A DNA stretch of 64,000 nt from an uncultured Thermoleophilia bacterium (lineage in GTDB: Bacteria; Actinomycetota; Thermoleophilia; UBA2241), in contig CAVPCT010000003.1 of assembly GCA_963702475.1 (NCBI GenBank), positions 128,001-192,000 on the forward strand, given 5' to 3'. Position numbers and translations under genes: made by a program. The notes under the pieces were generated by a model. The model did not search any database, was not told where the DNA came from, and was given only the letters and a program-made list of their open reading frames with translations. Positions 39,425-48,759 of this stretch are shown here, one piece after another (position 1 is the stretch's first letter; each line of letters opens with the position of its first letter).

Positions 39425-40666
39425 ATGAGTGGTCCGGCGCCGGAGAGCCGCTCGGCTGTAAACCGGTCGCGGGTGTGCCGCCGTTCCTGTCTTCGCCGCC
39501 AGCTCCTGCTCACGTTCGTGCTGGTCGGCGCGGCCGTCACCCTCGCCGCGATCGCCCTGCTCACGGCCCACAGCGGCGCGGATCCCGGCTCCCGGGCTTC
39601 CGCGATCCCGGCGGCGAGCCCGTCTGCGAGCGGCTCGCCGCCGTCCGAGGTCCGCACGGTCGCGCTCGCCGACGTCACGGTGCACCGCGGCGAGCGCGTC
39701 CGCCTGCGCTACCGTATCGACGACCCGCTCTGGCGCACGTGGGCGGCCGAACTGCAGGTGCTCGCCGCCTCGGGCGACGCGGTCAAGACGCAGGGTCTGG
39801 GCGACGTCGTTACCGCCGGCTCCGTCCACACCGCGAGCTTCCCCGTGCGCATCCCGGTCGGCAGGTACACCTGGGTGGTGCACGTGCACGACGCGCAGGG
39901 CTCCGTGGAGGCGACATCCACGGCCTCGCGTCTCACGGTGCTGAAGGCGCTGCCGCCGCCCGTCCCCGGCGCCAAGGCGGTTGCGGCCGCCGTCAAGTGG
40001 GTGTCTGGCCGCCACTCCCGTACCGGGGTGGCCGTGGTGGACAGCCGCGGGGAGCTGCACGGCTGGCACGAGCACCTGCCGTTCACCGGTGCCAGCCTCG
40101 TCAAGGCCATGCTGCTGGTGGCGTACCTGCGCAAGGAGCCCCACCCCGCCGGCCTGGACGCCGCCGCCACGCTGATGATCTACAAGTCGGACAACGCGGC
40201 GGCCCACGCCGTCCAGGGCGCCGTCGGCATGTCGGGCATCACGAAGGTCGCCAGGCTCGCCGGCATGCGCGACTTCAAGGCCGGCGGCTCGTGGATCGAC
40301 TGCAAGGTCTCGGCCGCCGACCAGGCGCGCTTCTTCTACGACTACCTGAAGTACGTGCCGGCTTCGCGCCGGTCGTTTGCGCGCACGCTGCTCAACGGCG
40401 TGGTCTCGTATCAGCGCTGGGGCATCCCGGCGGCGGCCGGCCCCGATGGGTGGAAGGCCTTCTTCAAGAGCGGGTGGCTGGAGATGGACAACGTGTTGAT
40501 GGTCCAGGCCGCCTGGGTCGAGAAGAAGGGCGTCAAGTGGGCGGCCGCGGTGCTGACCGAGGAGAACCCCACCAAGTCGTACGGCTGGGACACGCAGAAG
40601 GGGTTCGCCGGGCTGCTGCTCGGGCACCAGCCCACGCCGGCGTACCTGGCGCGGGTGCTGGAGTAG
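39425..40666 (+). CDS. exported class A beta-lactamase-like serine hydrolase with N-terminal Ig-like module (start uncertain)
   Basis: ASLVK (SxxK), SDN, KSG motifs; N-terminal TM/signal segment. Confidence 0.8.
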   Translation: MSGPAPESRSAVNRSRVCRRSCLRRQLLLTFVLVGAAVTLAAIALLTAHSGADPGSRASAIPAASPSASGSPPSEVRTVALADVTVHRGERVRLRYRIDDPLWRTWAAELQVLAASGDAVKTQGLGDVVTAGSVHTASFPVRIPVGRYTWVVHVHDAQGSVEATSTASRLTVLKALPPPVPGAKAVAAAVKWVSGRHSRTGVAVVDSRGELHGWHEHLPFTGASLVKAMLLVAYLRKEPHPAGLDAAATLMIYKSDNAAAHAVQGAVGMSGITKVARLAGMRDFKAGGSWIDCKVSAADQARFFYDYLKYVPASRRSFARTLLNGVVSYQRWGIPAAAGPDGWKAFFKSGWLEMDNVLMVQAAWVEKKGVKWAAAVLTEENPTKSYGWDTQKGFAGLLLGHQPTPAYLARVLE

Positions 40667-40774
40667 GGCGCCCGCGACCCAAGCGCGGCCGCCCGTTGCG
40701 TGCCCTGGCGCGTAGGACCCGGGCGCCCGTCGCGCGAAGCACGCGCCGGCGGGCCGCCGCAGGCCCTCCCGTCG

Positions 40775-41293
40775 TCACTCCGGGTAGTCGATCTCCTCGA
40801 TCGTGAGGTCGCGGTCGCCCTTGGGCCGCCGCCAGTGCACGGTCGCGCCGACGCGCGCATCGAGGAGCGCGGCGGCGAGCGGCGAGACGTAGCTGATCTT
40901 GCCCTGCTCCGGATCGGCCTCGTCCTCGCCGACGATCGTGAACGTGAGCCTGCTGCCGTCCTGCTTCTGGGTGACGGTGACGGCCGCGCCGAACTTGACC
41001 ATGCGGCGCGGCTGGCGCTTGGACTCCACGAGGATCGCCGTGTCGAGCCGCTTGGTGAAGTAGCGCAGGTCGCGGTCCACGTACTCCAGCTCCTGCTCGG
41101 CGAGGCCGTTGTCCTCCTCGCGCTCGGCCTGGGCGAGCAGCACCAGGCGCCTCTCCTCGAGCTCGCCGACGCGCTGCTCCAGCAGGCGCCGCCCGGCCGG
41201 CGTCACGTAGTTGGGGTGGTCACTGATCTGACGTTCCGGGAGTCCCTCTTCAGGCATTCCCCCGTCGGGTTCCTTGACGAATGCTCGGCTCAT
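40775..41293 (-). CDS. GreA/GreB family elongation factor
   Basis: MSRAFVKE, PNYVTPAG, VKFGAAV, IVGEDEAD, ISYVSPLAAALL. Confidence 0.88.
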   Translation of the reverse strand: MSRAFVKEPDGGMPEEGLPERQISDHPNYVTPAGRRLLEQRVGELEERRLVLLAQAEREEDNGLAEQELEYVDRDLRYFTKRLDTAILVESKRQPRRMVKFGAAVTVTQKQDGSRLTFTIVGEDEADPEQGKISYVSPLAAALLDARVGATVHWRRPKGDRDLTIEEIDYPE

Positions 41294-41468
41294 CGGTCCT
41301 CGTGGACGTCGGTTTGGGTGAGGGCGGGACCGCCCGTAGTGGCCTACCGGAGAGGTTCGACGCGCAGACACGTCCTCCCCCCGGTTTACTCCCCCAGTAC
41401 GGTGAGGGTACAAACCCAGCGAGAGGCGGCCGGGAGCCGTGGATGTGAACCGACACCGAGGTGGAACG

Positions 41469-41993
41469 ATGCTGGACCCGAAGATACAGGACGCCCTGAA
41501 CGCGCAGATCAACTGGGAGTTCTACTCCGCGTACCTGTACCTCTCCATGGCGAGCCAGTTCGCCGAGAGCGGCATGCCTGGAGGCCAGAGCTGGATGACG
41601 GTGCAGTACCAGGAGGAGATCGCACACGCGCGGATCATGTTCAACTACGTGCTCACCCGCGGCGGCAGGGTCCTGCTCGAGCAGATCGACAAGCCGCGCA
41701 TCGAGTGGCCGGACGGCCTCAGCATGTTCCGGGACGCGCTGGAGCACGAAGAGGGCGTCACGGCACGCATCCACGACCTCGCATCCCTGGCCCTGGAGCT
41801 CAAGGACCACGCCACGTACAACTTCCTGCAGTGGTTCATCGCCGAGCAGGTGGAGGAAGAGGAGACCGCGCAGGACATGGTGCAGAAGTTCCGCATGGCC
41901 GGCGAGCACCCCGCGGGCCTGTACCAGCTCGACAAGGAGCTGGCGACGCGCGCGTACAACGAGCCGTCGCCCCTGGCTGCGACCGGCGCGTGA
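41469..41993 (+). CDS. ftnA: non-heme ferritin
   Basis: LNAQINWEFYSAYLYLSM, EEIAHA, HEEGVT, FLQWFIAEQVEEE. Confidence 0.94.
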   Translation: MLDPKIQDALNAQINWEFYSAYLYLSMASQFAESGMPGGQSWMTVQYQEEIAHARIMFNYVLTRGGRVLLEQIDKPRIEWPDGLSMFRDALEHEEGVTARIHDLASLALELKDHATYNFLQWFIAEQVEEEETAQDMVQKFRMAGEHPAGLYQLDKELATRAYNEPSPLAATGA

Positions 41994-42038
41994 GCACCTG
42001 CCGCGGACGCCGGCGGGCAGCGCGGCCGCCCGCCGGCG

Positions 42039-42566
42039 TCAGAGCGGCCGCACGAGGATGAGGCAGGGGTTCTCCGGCCCCCAGACCTGCGGCAGCTCCT
42101 CCAGCGGGACGAAGCCGAGCGCCTCGTAGAACCGGCGCGTAGCCGCGTACCCTGGGTCCGGGTCGCTCGGCGCCAGCGTCTTGACGTGCAGCAGGGTGCA
42201 GCCCTCGGCGCGGGCGTGCGCGGCCGCGCGCTCCACGAGCGCGCGGCCTATCCCGCGCCGGTGCTGCTCCGGCAGCACGGCCAGCACGTGCACCTCCGCG
42301 GCCCGAGGGCTCGTCGGCTTCAGCGTGAGGAAGCCGACGACCTCGCCCTGCCGGGCGGCCGATCCTGGTCCGTGCTCGCCGGTCGCGCCCGGTGCGGAGG
42401 CGGGCGCGCGCACGACGAACGTGGGCAGGCTGGCGGCCGCGGCGGCGTAGTCCAGCAAGGCGCTCTCGATGCCGAACCAGGCCGGAAGTGTTCGGAGGAT
42501 GCGTTCCGCCGCGTCGCCCTGGCCGCGGAGCGGCCCGTCGACGCGGTGCGGAGCGTCGTCGCTCAC
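42039..42566 (-). CDS. GNAT N-acetyltransferase
   Basis: LPAWFGIE, AVLPEQHRRGIGRAL, TRRFYEALGF; GTG overlaps the permease stop. Confidence 0.82.
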   Translation of the reverse strand: MSDDAPHRVDGPLRGQGDAAERILRTLPAWFGIESALLDYAAAAASLPTFVVRAPASAPGATGEHGPGSAARQGEVVGFLTLKPTSPRAAEVHVLAVLPEQHRRGIGRALVERAAAHARAEGCTLLHVKTLAPSDPDPGYAATRRFYEALGFVPLEELPQVWGPENPCLILVRPL

Positions 42567-43327
42567 GTGACGTCGCGGCGCAGGGAGATGAAGACCGCCG
42601 CGACGGCCACGACGGCGATGTATCCCACGCTGACGAGGAACGCCTGCGGCCTGTCCAGACCGGGGACCGTGGCCAGAGTGTCTGCGCTCTGCTGGCTGAC
42701 GTTGCTCACGGTGACCTGGTTGAACATCTGGAACGGGAGCCAGTTGCCCACGGCGGGCTTGAGCGCGGCCACGAGCGGTTCGGCCACGAGCGCCCAGATC
42801 AGCGTCACGGCCACCGTGACGGCCTGGAGCCGAACGAGGGCGCCGAGCGCCACGCCGAACGCCGTGATGAGACCGGCGACCACGATCTGGCGGGCGTAGT
42901 CGCCGGCCGTCGCGCCGCCGCTCGCGTCGATCTCCACGCCGCGGACCACACCGCCGAGCTCGATGGTCGCGTACACGAGCGCGACGGCGAGGAGCATCAT
43001 CACCATCCCGACGGCGGCGTACACGGCGAGCTTCATGACCATCACCTGCCACCGTCTGGGGGTGACGAGGTAGGAGTACGTGATGGTGCCGTGCCGGTAC
43101 TCGCCGGTCATCCCGAGGATGCCGAACACGAGGAGCGCCAGCGGCACGAGCGTGCTGGCGGTGTTGAGAAGGCCGGCGATGCCGTCCTGCTCCAGCCACT
43201 CCTCCGGCACCAGGGCGATGAGCAGCACGAGCGGCACGAGGACGACCACGAGGACGACGAGGAACAGCACCAGCGTCGTCCTGGTGCTGCGCAGCTTGAG
43301 GAGCTCCGCGCGCGCCAGGGCGATCAG
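42563..43327 (-). CDS. ABC transporter permease (probable CTG start)
   Basis: IALARAELLKLRSTRT N-terminus, EYRHGTI..PRR, multiple TM, RRDVT end. Confidence 0.88.
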   Translation of the reverse strand: MIALARAELLKLRSTRTTLVLFLVVLVVVLVPLVLLIALVPEEWLEQDGIAGLLNTASTLVPLALLVFGILGMTGEYRHGTITYSYLVTPRRWQVMVMKLAVYAAVGMVMMLLAVALVYATIELGGVVRGVEIDASGGATAGDYARQIVVAGLITAFGVALGALVRLQAVTVAVTLIWALVAEPLVAALKPAVGNWLPFQMFNQVTVSNVSQQSADTLATVPGLDRPQAFLVSVGYIAVVAVAAVFISLRRDVT

Positions 43328-44361
43328 GAGTCGCCCCCGGGACGAGGGGCAGACGAGCGCGCGCCGGCCTGCGGCGTGAGCCCGGCGCCACTGTCCTGAA
43401 CGGCGGATCCCGTTTCTGAGGCCGGCTCCGGCAGCGCCGGCTGGCCGGCGCCTGTGGCCGGCGCCGGGTCGTCGCGCCGCGTGCCGGCGATCTGCAGGAA
43501 GAGGTCCTCGAGGCTGGGCTGCTCGGTGAGGAGCTCGTGGACCGGCAGCCCGCAGGCGTGCGCGAGGTCGCCGACCTGTGCGGCGCTGGGGCCACGCACG
43601 GCGAGCGCCTCGCCCAGACAGTTGACGGCCGCGCCGTTGGCGCGGAGCGCGGCCTCGAGATCCTGCGCCCTGGGCGAGCGCACGCGCACCACCGGCTGCG
43701 CCGAGGCCGTCAGGGCGCTGATCGGTCCCTGCGCGAGCAGCCTGCCCTCGCTGAGGATGAGCACGTCGTCCACGGTCTGCTCGACCTCGGCGAGCACGTG
43801 GCTGGAGACGAGTACGGTGCGCCCCTCCGCGGCGCGCCCGCGCAGGAACGTGCGCAGCCAGCGCATGCCCTCGGGGTCGAGGCCGTTGGCCGGCTCGTCG
43901 AGGATGAGCACCTCGGGGTCTCCCAGCAGGGCGGCCGCCAGGGCGAGGCGTTGCTTCATGCCCGTCGAGTAGCCCTTGACGCGGCGCTGCGCCGCGACGT
44001 CCAGCTCGACGAGGCCAAGGACCTCGTCCACACGCTCGTAGGGGATCCCGGCGCCGGCCGCGATCACGCGCAGGGCGTTTTGTCCGGAACGGCCGGGGTG
44101 GAAGCCGGAGGCGTCGAGCAGCGCGCCCACCCGCTTCGCAGGGGCGCGCAGCTCGCGGTACCGGCTCCCCAGGATGTGCACGCTGCCGGACGTCGGCCGG
44201 ACGAGGTCCAGGATCATGCGCAGGGTGGTGGTCTTGCCGGCGCCGTTGGGGCCCAGCACGCCGGTGATCGAGCCGGGTTCGATGGCGAAGGTGACGTCGT
44301 CGACGGCGAGCACGCGTCTGCCGAAGCGCTTGGTGAGATGCTCGGCCTCGATGACGGCCAT
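43324..44361 (-). CDS. ABC transporter ATP-binding protein
   Basis: GPNGAGKTT, YSTGMKQR, LILDEP, SSH. Confidence 0.94.
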   Translation of the reverse strand: MAVIEAEHLTKRFGRRVLAVDDVTFAIEPGSITGVLGPNGAGKTTTLRMILDLVRPTSGSVHILGSRYRELRAPAKRVGALLDASGFHPGRSGQNALRVIAAGAGIPYERVDEVLGLVELDVAAQRRVKGYSTGMKQRLALAAALLGDPEVLILDEPANGLDPEGMRWLRTFLRGRAAEGRTVLVSSHVLAEVEQTVDDVLILSEGRLLAQGPISALTASAQPVVRVRSPRAQDLEAALRANGAAVNCLGEALAVRGPSAAQVGDLAHACGLPVHELLTEQPSLEDLFLQIAGTRRDDPAPATGAGQPALPEPASETGSAVQDSGAGLTPQAGARSSAPRPGGDS

Positions 44362-44429
44362 GACTTCCTCCCGTCGCGGTCCGGCTCCGAGTCTACACGA
44401 CGGCAGGCCGGCCTCGCGGGCGCCCCGCC

Positions 44430-45398
44430 TCAGCCCACCGCGAGCGTCTTCTCGTACACGAGGTGCGCCCCGCGCACAGGCCGCATGCCCACGGAGCCGT
44501 ACAGCTGCATCGCCCCTGTGGGGTTCAGCGTGTCCACGCCGAGGTAGGCGACCGGCAGGCCGCGACCACGCAGCTCCGCGAAGGACTGCAGCAGCAAGGC
44601 GCGACCGAGGCCCCTGCCGCGCCAGCCGCGGCGCACCGCCAGTTCGTCGATGTACCCGCCCAGAGGAGTCGGGAAGGCCAGCAGCCCGCCGGCCACCTCG
44701 TCGCCGTCCCAGGCCACCCACCAGAGGCCGGGGTCCAGGTCGGGCCGGCCGAAGCGCAGGGTCTTCCAGTCGTCCAGGTCCATCAGTTCGGGGTGCCAGT
44801 GATCGAGGAACGCCTCCTGTACGGCGGCGTGCACCGCGGCTTCGTCCCGGTCCCTGCGGAATGTGCGCACCACGATGCCTTCGGGCCACACGGGCGCCGG
44901 CGGCGCCTCGTCCAGCGGCGCCTGCAGGCGCGCGAAGCTGCGCACGTGCTCGTACCCCCGCCGTTCGAACAGGGCCAGGCGCAGGTCCTCGCTCTCGTGT
45001 GCGAACGCGTTCAGTGTGGCCGCGGCCGGGGCGTGGCCGGCGGCCGTGGCCGCGCATCTCGTTTCGGCCGCGTCGAGCAGGAACTCCTCGAGCCCTCTGC
45101 TCTCGTGTCCGGGGTGGATGCTGTGCCCCGTCACGAACATGTCCGGCGGCCGCTCCTGGTACACGAACCCGTAGGCGGCCGCCGCGCCGTCGGCCGCCGA
45201 GACCAGCCACAGATCGTGCAACGGGTCCAGGCGCGGCAAGGACCACTCCTCGAGCACATCGGCGACGGTGGAGTCGCTCTCCCCGTGGCGCGTCAGGTCG
45301 ATGGTGCGCTTGAGGGCGGCGACGGCCTCGGCGTCATCGCGCCGGGGGGGACGGACGGTGTAGCCGGGTGGGGGGACGTGTCGACCGGGCGGGCTCAT
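44430..45398 (-). CDS. tandem GNAT acetyltransferase
   Basis: HPGHESRGLE and VRRGWRGRGLGRALL, NPTGAMQLYGSVG. Confidence 0.85.
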   Translation of the reverse strand: MSPPGRHVPPPGYTVRPPRRDDAEAVAALKRTIDLTRHGESDSTVADVLEEWSLPRLDPLHDLWLVSAADGAAAAYGFVYQERPPDMFVTGHSIHPGHESRGLEEFLLDAAETRCAATAAGHAPAAATLNAFAHESEDLRLALFERRGYEHVRSFARLQAPLDEAPPAPVWPEGIVVRTFRRDRDEAAVHAAVQEAFLDHWHPELMDLDDWKTLRFGRPDLDPGLWWVAWDGDEVAGGLLAFPTPLGGYIDELAVRRGWRGRGLGRALLLQSFAELRGRGLPVAYLGVDTLNPTGAMQLYGSVGMRPVRGAHLVYEKTLAVG

Positions 45399-45696
45399 GC
45401 AGCACGATTCTACCGGCCGTGCGACGCGCGTGACGCGGCGAACGCGGCTTGACGCTCTGCCGTCTCCCGCACGGGGAACGATGACGGGAGCGGCGGGACC
45501 GGCGGGAGGGACGCCGGGAGGCGAAGATCAGACCGGCGCTCCAGCGGCCACGGACGTCGCCGCCGGCCGTCGCGACCGTCGTCGGGGCCTGCGGGGGCAG
45601 CAGAGCGGCGGGCGGCGACCGGGAGGTCGCCGCCCGCCGCGGCCTGTCTGGTCGCAGAGCAGGTCGCGGGCGCGGCCGCGGTACGGCCGCCGCGCC

Positions 45697-46797
45697 TCAG
45701 CCGGTGTGCATGAAGTTGATCACGTCGCCGTCCTGCACGACGTACTCCTTGCCCTCGGTGCGCAGCAGGGCCTTCTCGCGGGCGGCGTGGAACGACTTGA
45801 GCGCGATGAGGTCCTCGATGCGCACCACCTGGGCACGCACGAAGCCGTGTTCGATGTCGCTGTGGATGCGGCCCGCCGCCTGCTTGGCGTTCCAGCCCTT
45901 GGGCAGTTGCCAGGCGCGCGACTCGCTGCTGCGGAAGTCGCCGGTGAAGAACGTGACGTAGCCGAGCACGTCGTAGGCGGCGCGGATGAGCACGTCCACG
46001 GCGCCGGCCTCGCCGGCGCCGAGCTCTGCGCGAAAGAGCGCCGCCTCCGCGTCGTCCAGATCGGCGAGCTCGGCCTCGAGGCGCGCGGCTACGGCGACCA
46101 CCTGGTCGCCCCTGCCGCGCGCCCACTCGACGAAGTCGGCCTGCTGCTGCAGTACCGCCGTCACGTCGGCGTCGTCGTCGGTGTTGAGCACGAACAGGAT
46201 CGGGCGGTCGCTCACCAGCGCGAGCTCGCGGAACAGCGCGGCGTCTTCTGGCGCGCGCGCCAATGCGCGCGCCAGCACGCCCTCCAGCAGGCTCGCGTGC
46301 AGGCGCTCGAGCACCTCCAGCTCGTGCTGGGCCGACCTGTCGCCGCTGCGCGCCGCCTTCTTCGTCTTGTCGAGGCGGCGCTCGACCAGCTCCAGGTCGC
46401 TGAGCACGAGCTCAGTCTCCACGAGCTCCACATCGGCCGGCGGGTCGGTGCCCTCGCGCACGTGCGCGACCTCGGGGTCGTCGAAGGCGCGCACCACGTG
46501 CGCCACCGCGTCCACGCCGCGGATGTCGGCGAGGAAGCGGTTCCCCAGGCCTTCGCCGCGGCTGGCGCCCTCAGCGAGCCCGGCGATGTCGACCACGTCG
46601 ATGGTGGCGTTGACCTTCTTGGGCGTCTCCAGCACCTCGTGCAGCCGGTCCAGCCGCTCGTCGGGCACGGCCACCACGCCGACGTTGGATTCGGCCGAGG
46701 TGTAGGCGTAGGCGGTCGCCGCGGCGTGGCCGTGCGTCAGGGCGTTGAAGAGCGTCGTCTTGCCTACGTTGGGCAGACCCACGATGCCGAGTTTCAC
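45697..46797 (-). CDS. ychF: redox-regulated ATPase YchF
   Basis: GIVGLPNVGKTTLFNALT, DIAGL, GEGLGNRFL, AGRIHSD, EGKEYVVQDGD. Confidence 0.95.
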   Translation of the reverse strand: MKLGIVGLPNVGKTTLFNALTHGHAAATAYAYTSAESNVGVVAVPDERLDRLHEVLETPKKVNATIDVVDIAGLAEGASRGEGLGNRFLADIRGVDAVAHVVRAFDDPEVAHVREGTDPPADVELVETELVLSDLELVERRLDKTKKAARSGDRSAQHELEVLERLHASLLEGVLARALARAPEDAALFRELALVSDRPILFVLNTDDDADVTAVLQQQADFVEWARGRGDQVVAVAARLEAELADLDDAEAALFRAELGAGEAGAVDVLIRAAYDVLGYVTFFTGDFRSSESRAWQLPKGWNAKQAAGRIHSDIEHGFVRAQVVRIEDLIALKSFHAAREKALLRTEGKEYVVQDGDVINFMHTG

Positions 46798-47783
46798 GGG
46801 TGTGTCTCCAGTTTGCTGGTGAGCAGGGTCTCGAGCAGGCGCGAGAGCTGGCGGAGCTGCTGCTTCACGCGGCCGGGGTGGCGGCCGTCGATGTACGGTA
46901 CCGTGTCGCGCGCTGCCCGGCGCCCGCCCGCCGCCCCTTCCTCGGCGTCCCACGCCCCGGAGGTGAAGGTCGCCGTCGCGATCCCCAGCGCCGCGAACGG
47001 GTCGTCGTCGCCCGGAGTGCGCGCCACGCCGGCCGGCAACCCGTCGTCAGCCGGCCCGGAGGCGAGCTCCAGGCCCTGGCTCTGCGCGGCCGCCAGGACG
47101 TCGTCGCGCAGCCACGTCGGCCCGCTTGGCGCGCTCGTCACGTTGATCTCGGGTCCGCCGGCCGGCGCGTCCAGGTTGATCATGCCGAGGATCGCCTTGC
47201 GCTCCACGGGTCGCAGCCGGCTCACGTAGTGCCGCGAGCCCACCTCGCCCTGTTCCTCCGCGCCGAAGGCCACGAACACCACTGTGTAGGGTGTCACCTG
47301 GCGCTTGATGCGCGCCGCCGTCTCGAGCAGCAGCCCGATGCCCGTGGCGTTGTCGGCGTAGCCCTGACCCGCGGCCGCCGAGTCGTAGTGGGCGCCCACG
47401 ACGAGCTGCTTGGCCGACTCGCCCTGCTTGACCGCGATGATGTTGCCCGAGTGCACGCGACCATCGTCGCCGCGGGCGATGAATTCCTGCAGGCGCGGGA
47501 AGTAGCCGTACCGCTGGAAGCTGTCGTACACCGCCTCCCGGGCGCGGATCTCGCCCCACGTGTCGGCGACGCGTCTCGGCACGGTCTCGGCCAGCGTCTT
47601 GGCGGTCACGTAGCCGACCGAGCCGTAGGCCGTCGCCGTGACGGCGGCCGAGGGCCGTCCGGCCTTCTCAGCCGTCTCCGAGCATCCGCCGAACGCGCCA
47701 CCGGCGGCCACGCCGATGGCCACCACCAGCGCGGCCGCGACCGCAATGGCCACCCACGCGCCCTTGGTGCGCAGCGCCGTCAC
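46794..47783 (-). CDS. exported M28 family metallopeptidase
   Basis: VGAHYDS, GYADNATG, AEEQGEVGS, MINLD. Confidence 0.88.
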   Translation of the reverse strand: MTALRTKGAWVAIAVAAALVVAIGVAAGGAFGGCSETAEKAGRPSAAVTATAYGSVGYVTAKTLAETVPRRVADTWGEIRAREAVYDSFQRYGYFPRLQEFIARGDDGRVHSGNIIAVKQGESAKQLVVGAHYDSAAAGQGYADNATGIGLLLETAARIKRQVTPYTVVFVAFGAEEQGEVGSRHYVSRLRPVERKAILGMINLDAPAGGPEINVTSAPSGPTWLRDDVLAAAQSQGLELASGPADDGLPAGVARTPGDDDPFAALGIATATFTSGAWDAEEGAAGGRRAARDTVPYIDGRHPGRVKQQLRQLSRLLETLLTSKLETHP

Positions 47784-47784
47784 G

Positions 47785-48369
47785 TCAGAACCCCACAGGA
47801 ACGAGCCATATCCACAGGGCACCGAAGATCAGGCCGTACGTGACGCCGCCGAGCACGTCGCCCAAGTAGTGGACTCCCAGATACACGCGGCTGAAGCAGA
47901 GCACCACGGCCAGGACGACCAGCCACGGGAGCGCCCACGGGTACAGGGCGCCCACGGTCAGCACGGCCACCATCGACATGCTGGCGTGCGACGACGGAAA
48001 CGACTTGCTGTAGGGCAACGGGATCTGCACGGGAAGGTCCGGGTCGGCCACAGGGGGACGCGGGCGGGCCACGACCCGTTTGATGGCGAAGCCCGTTGCC
48101 TCCACCAGCGTCACTGGGACGGCCACGTACAACGCCTTACGCAGAGGTTCGGGCTCGCCGGAGAGCCACGGCAGCAGGCCCACCACGTACCAGAGGATGC
48201 CGTAGTTGGCGGTCAGCGAGAGACCGCTGAGCGGCAGCGTGAACCAGCGCGGGTGGGGCCAGCCGACGGCGGCACGACGCGACAGATCGCGGTCGAGGCT
48301 GTCGATGCGGTCGAGGCGTCCGGGGGCTGAGGGGGGCGCGGCGTCTGTGGAGCCGGAGGAGGGGGGCAT
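47785..48369 (-). CDS. PAP2 family phosphatase
   Basis: KRVVARPRP, SFPSSH, SRVYLGVHYLGDV. Confidence 0.9.
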   Translation of the reverse strand: MPPSSGSTDAAPPSAPGRLDRIDSLDRDLSRRAAVGWPHPRWFTLPLSGLSLTANYGILWYVVGLLPWLSGEPEPLRKALYVAVPVTLVEATGFAIKRVVARPRPPVADPDLPVQIPLPYSKSFPSSHASMSMVAVLTVGALYPWALPWLVVLAVVLCFSRVYLGVHYLGDVLGGVTYGLIFGALWIWLVPVGF

Positions 48370-48429
48370 GGGTATCAGCTCAAGTATACAATCCGGTGGT
48401 TCCCGCCTCTCCCTGCGAGAAAGGTCCTC

Positions 48430-48705
48430 ATGCGCACCACGGTCATCGTCACCGCGCTCGGCCCCGACGGCCACGGCCTGCTGGCCAGGGTCGCCACCAC
48501 CGTGGCCGACTGCGAGGCCAACATCGATGACGTCAGCCAGACCGTGTCCAACGGCATGTTCACCATGATCATGTTCGTCTCGTTCGACGAGACCGAGACC
48601 ACCATGGCCGACCTCAAGGCCGCGCTGGAGAAGACCGGGGAGGAGATCGGGCTGCAGATCCACGTGCAGCACGAGAACATCTTCAAGTTCATGCACCGCA
48701 TCTGA
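48430..48705 (+). CDS. ACT domain protein (UPF0237)
   Basis: VTALGPD..GL, NIDDVSQT, QHENIFKFMHRI. Confidence 0.9.
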   Translation: MRTTVIVTALGPDGHGLLARVATTVADCEANIDDVSQTVSNGMFTMIMFVSFDETETTMADLKAALEKTGEEIGLQIHVQHENIFKFMHRI

Positions 48706-48759
48706 GGCCGGCGGCGGGGCCCCTGCCGGCCCGCCGGCCCGTCCCCGCCGGGAGGCGCC

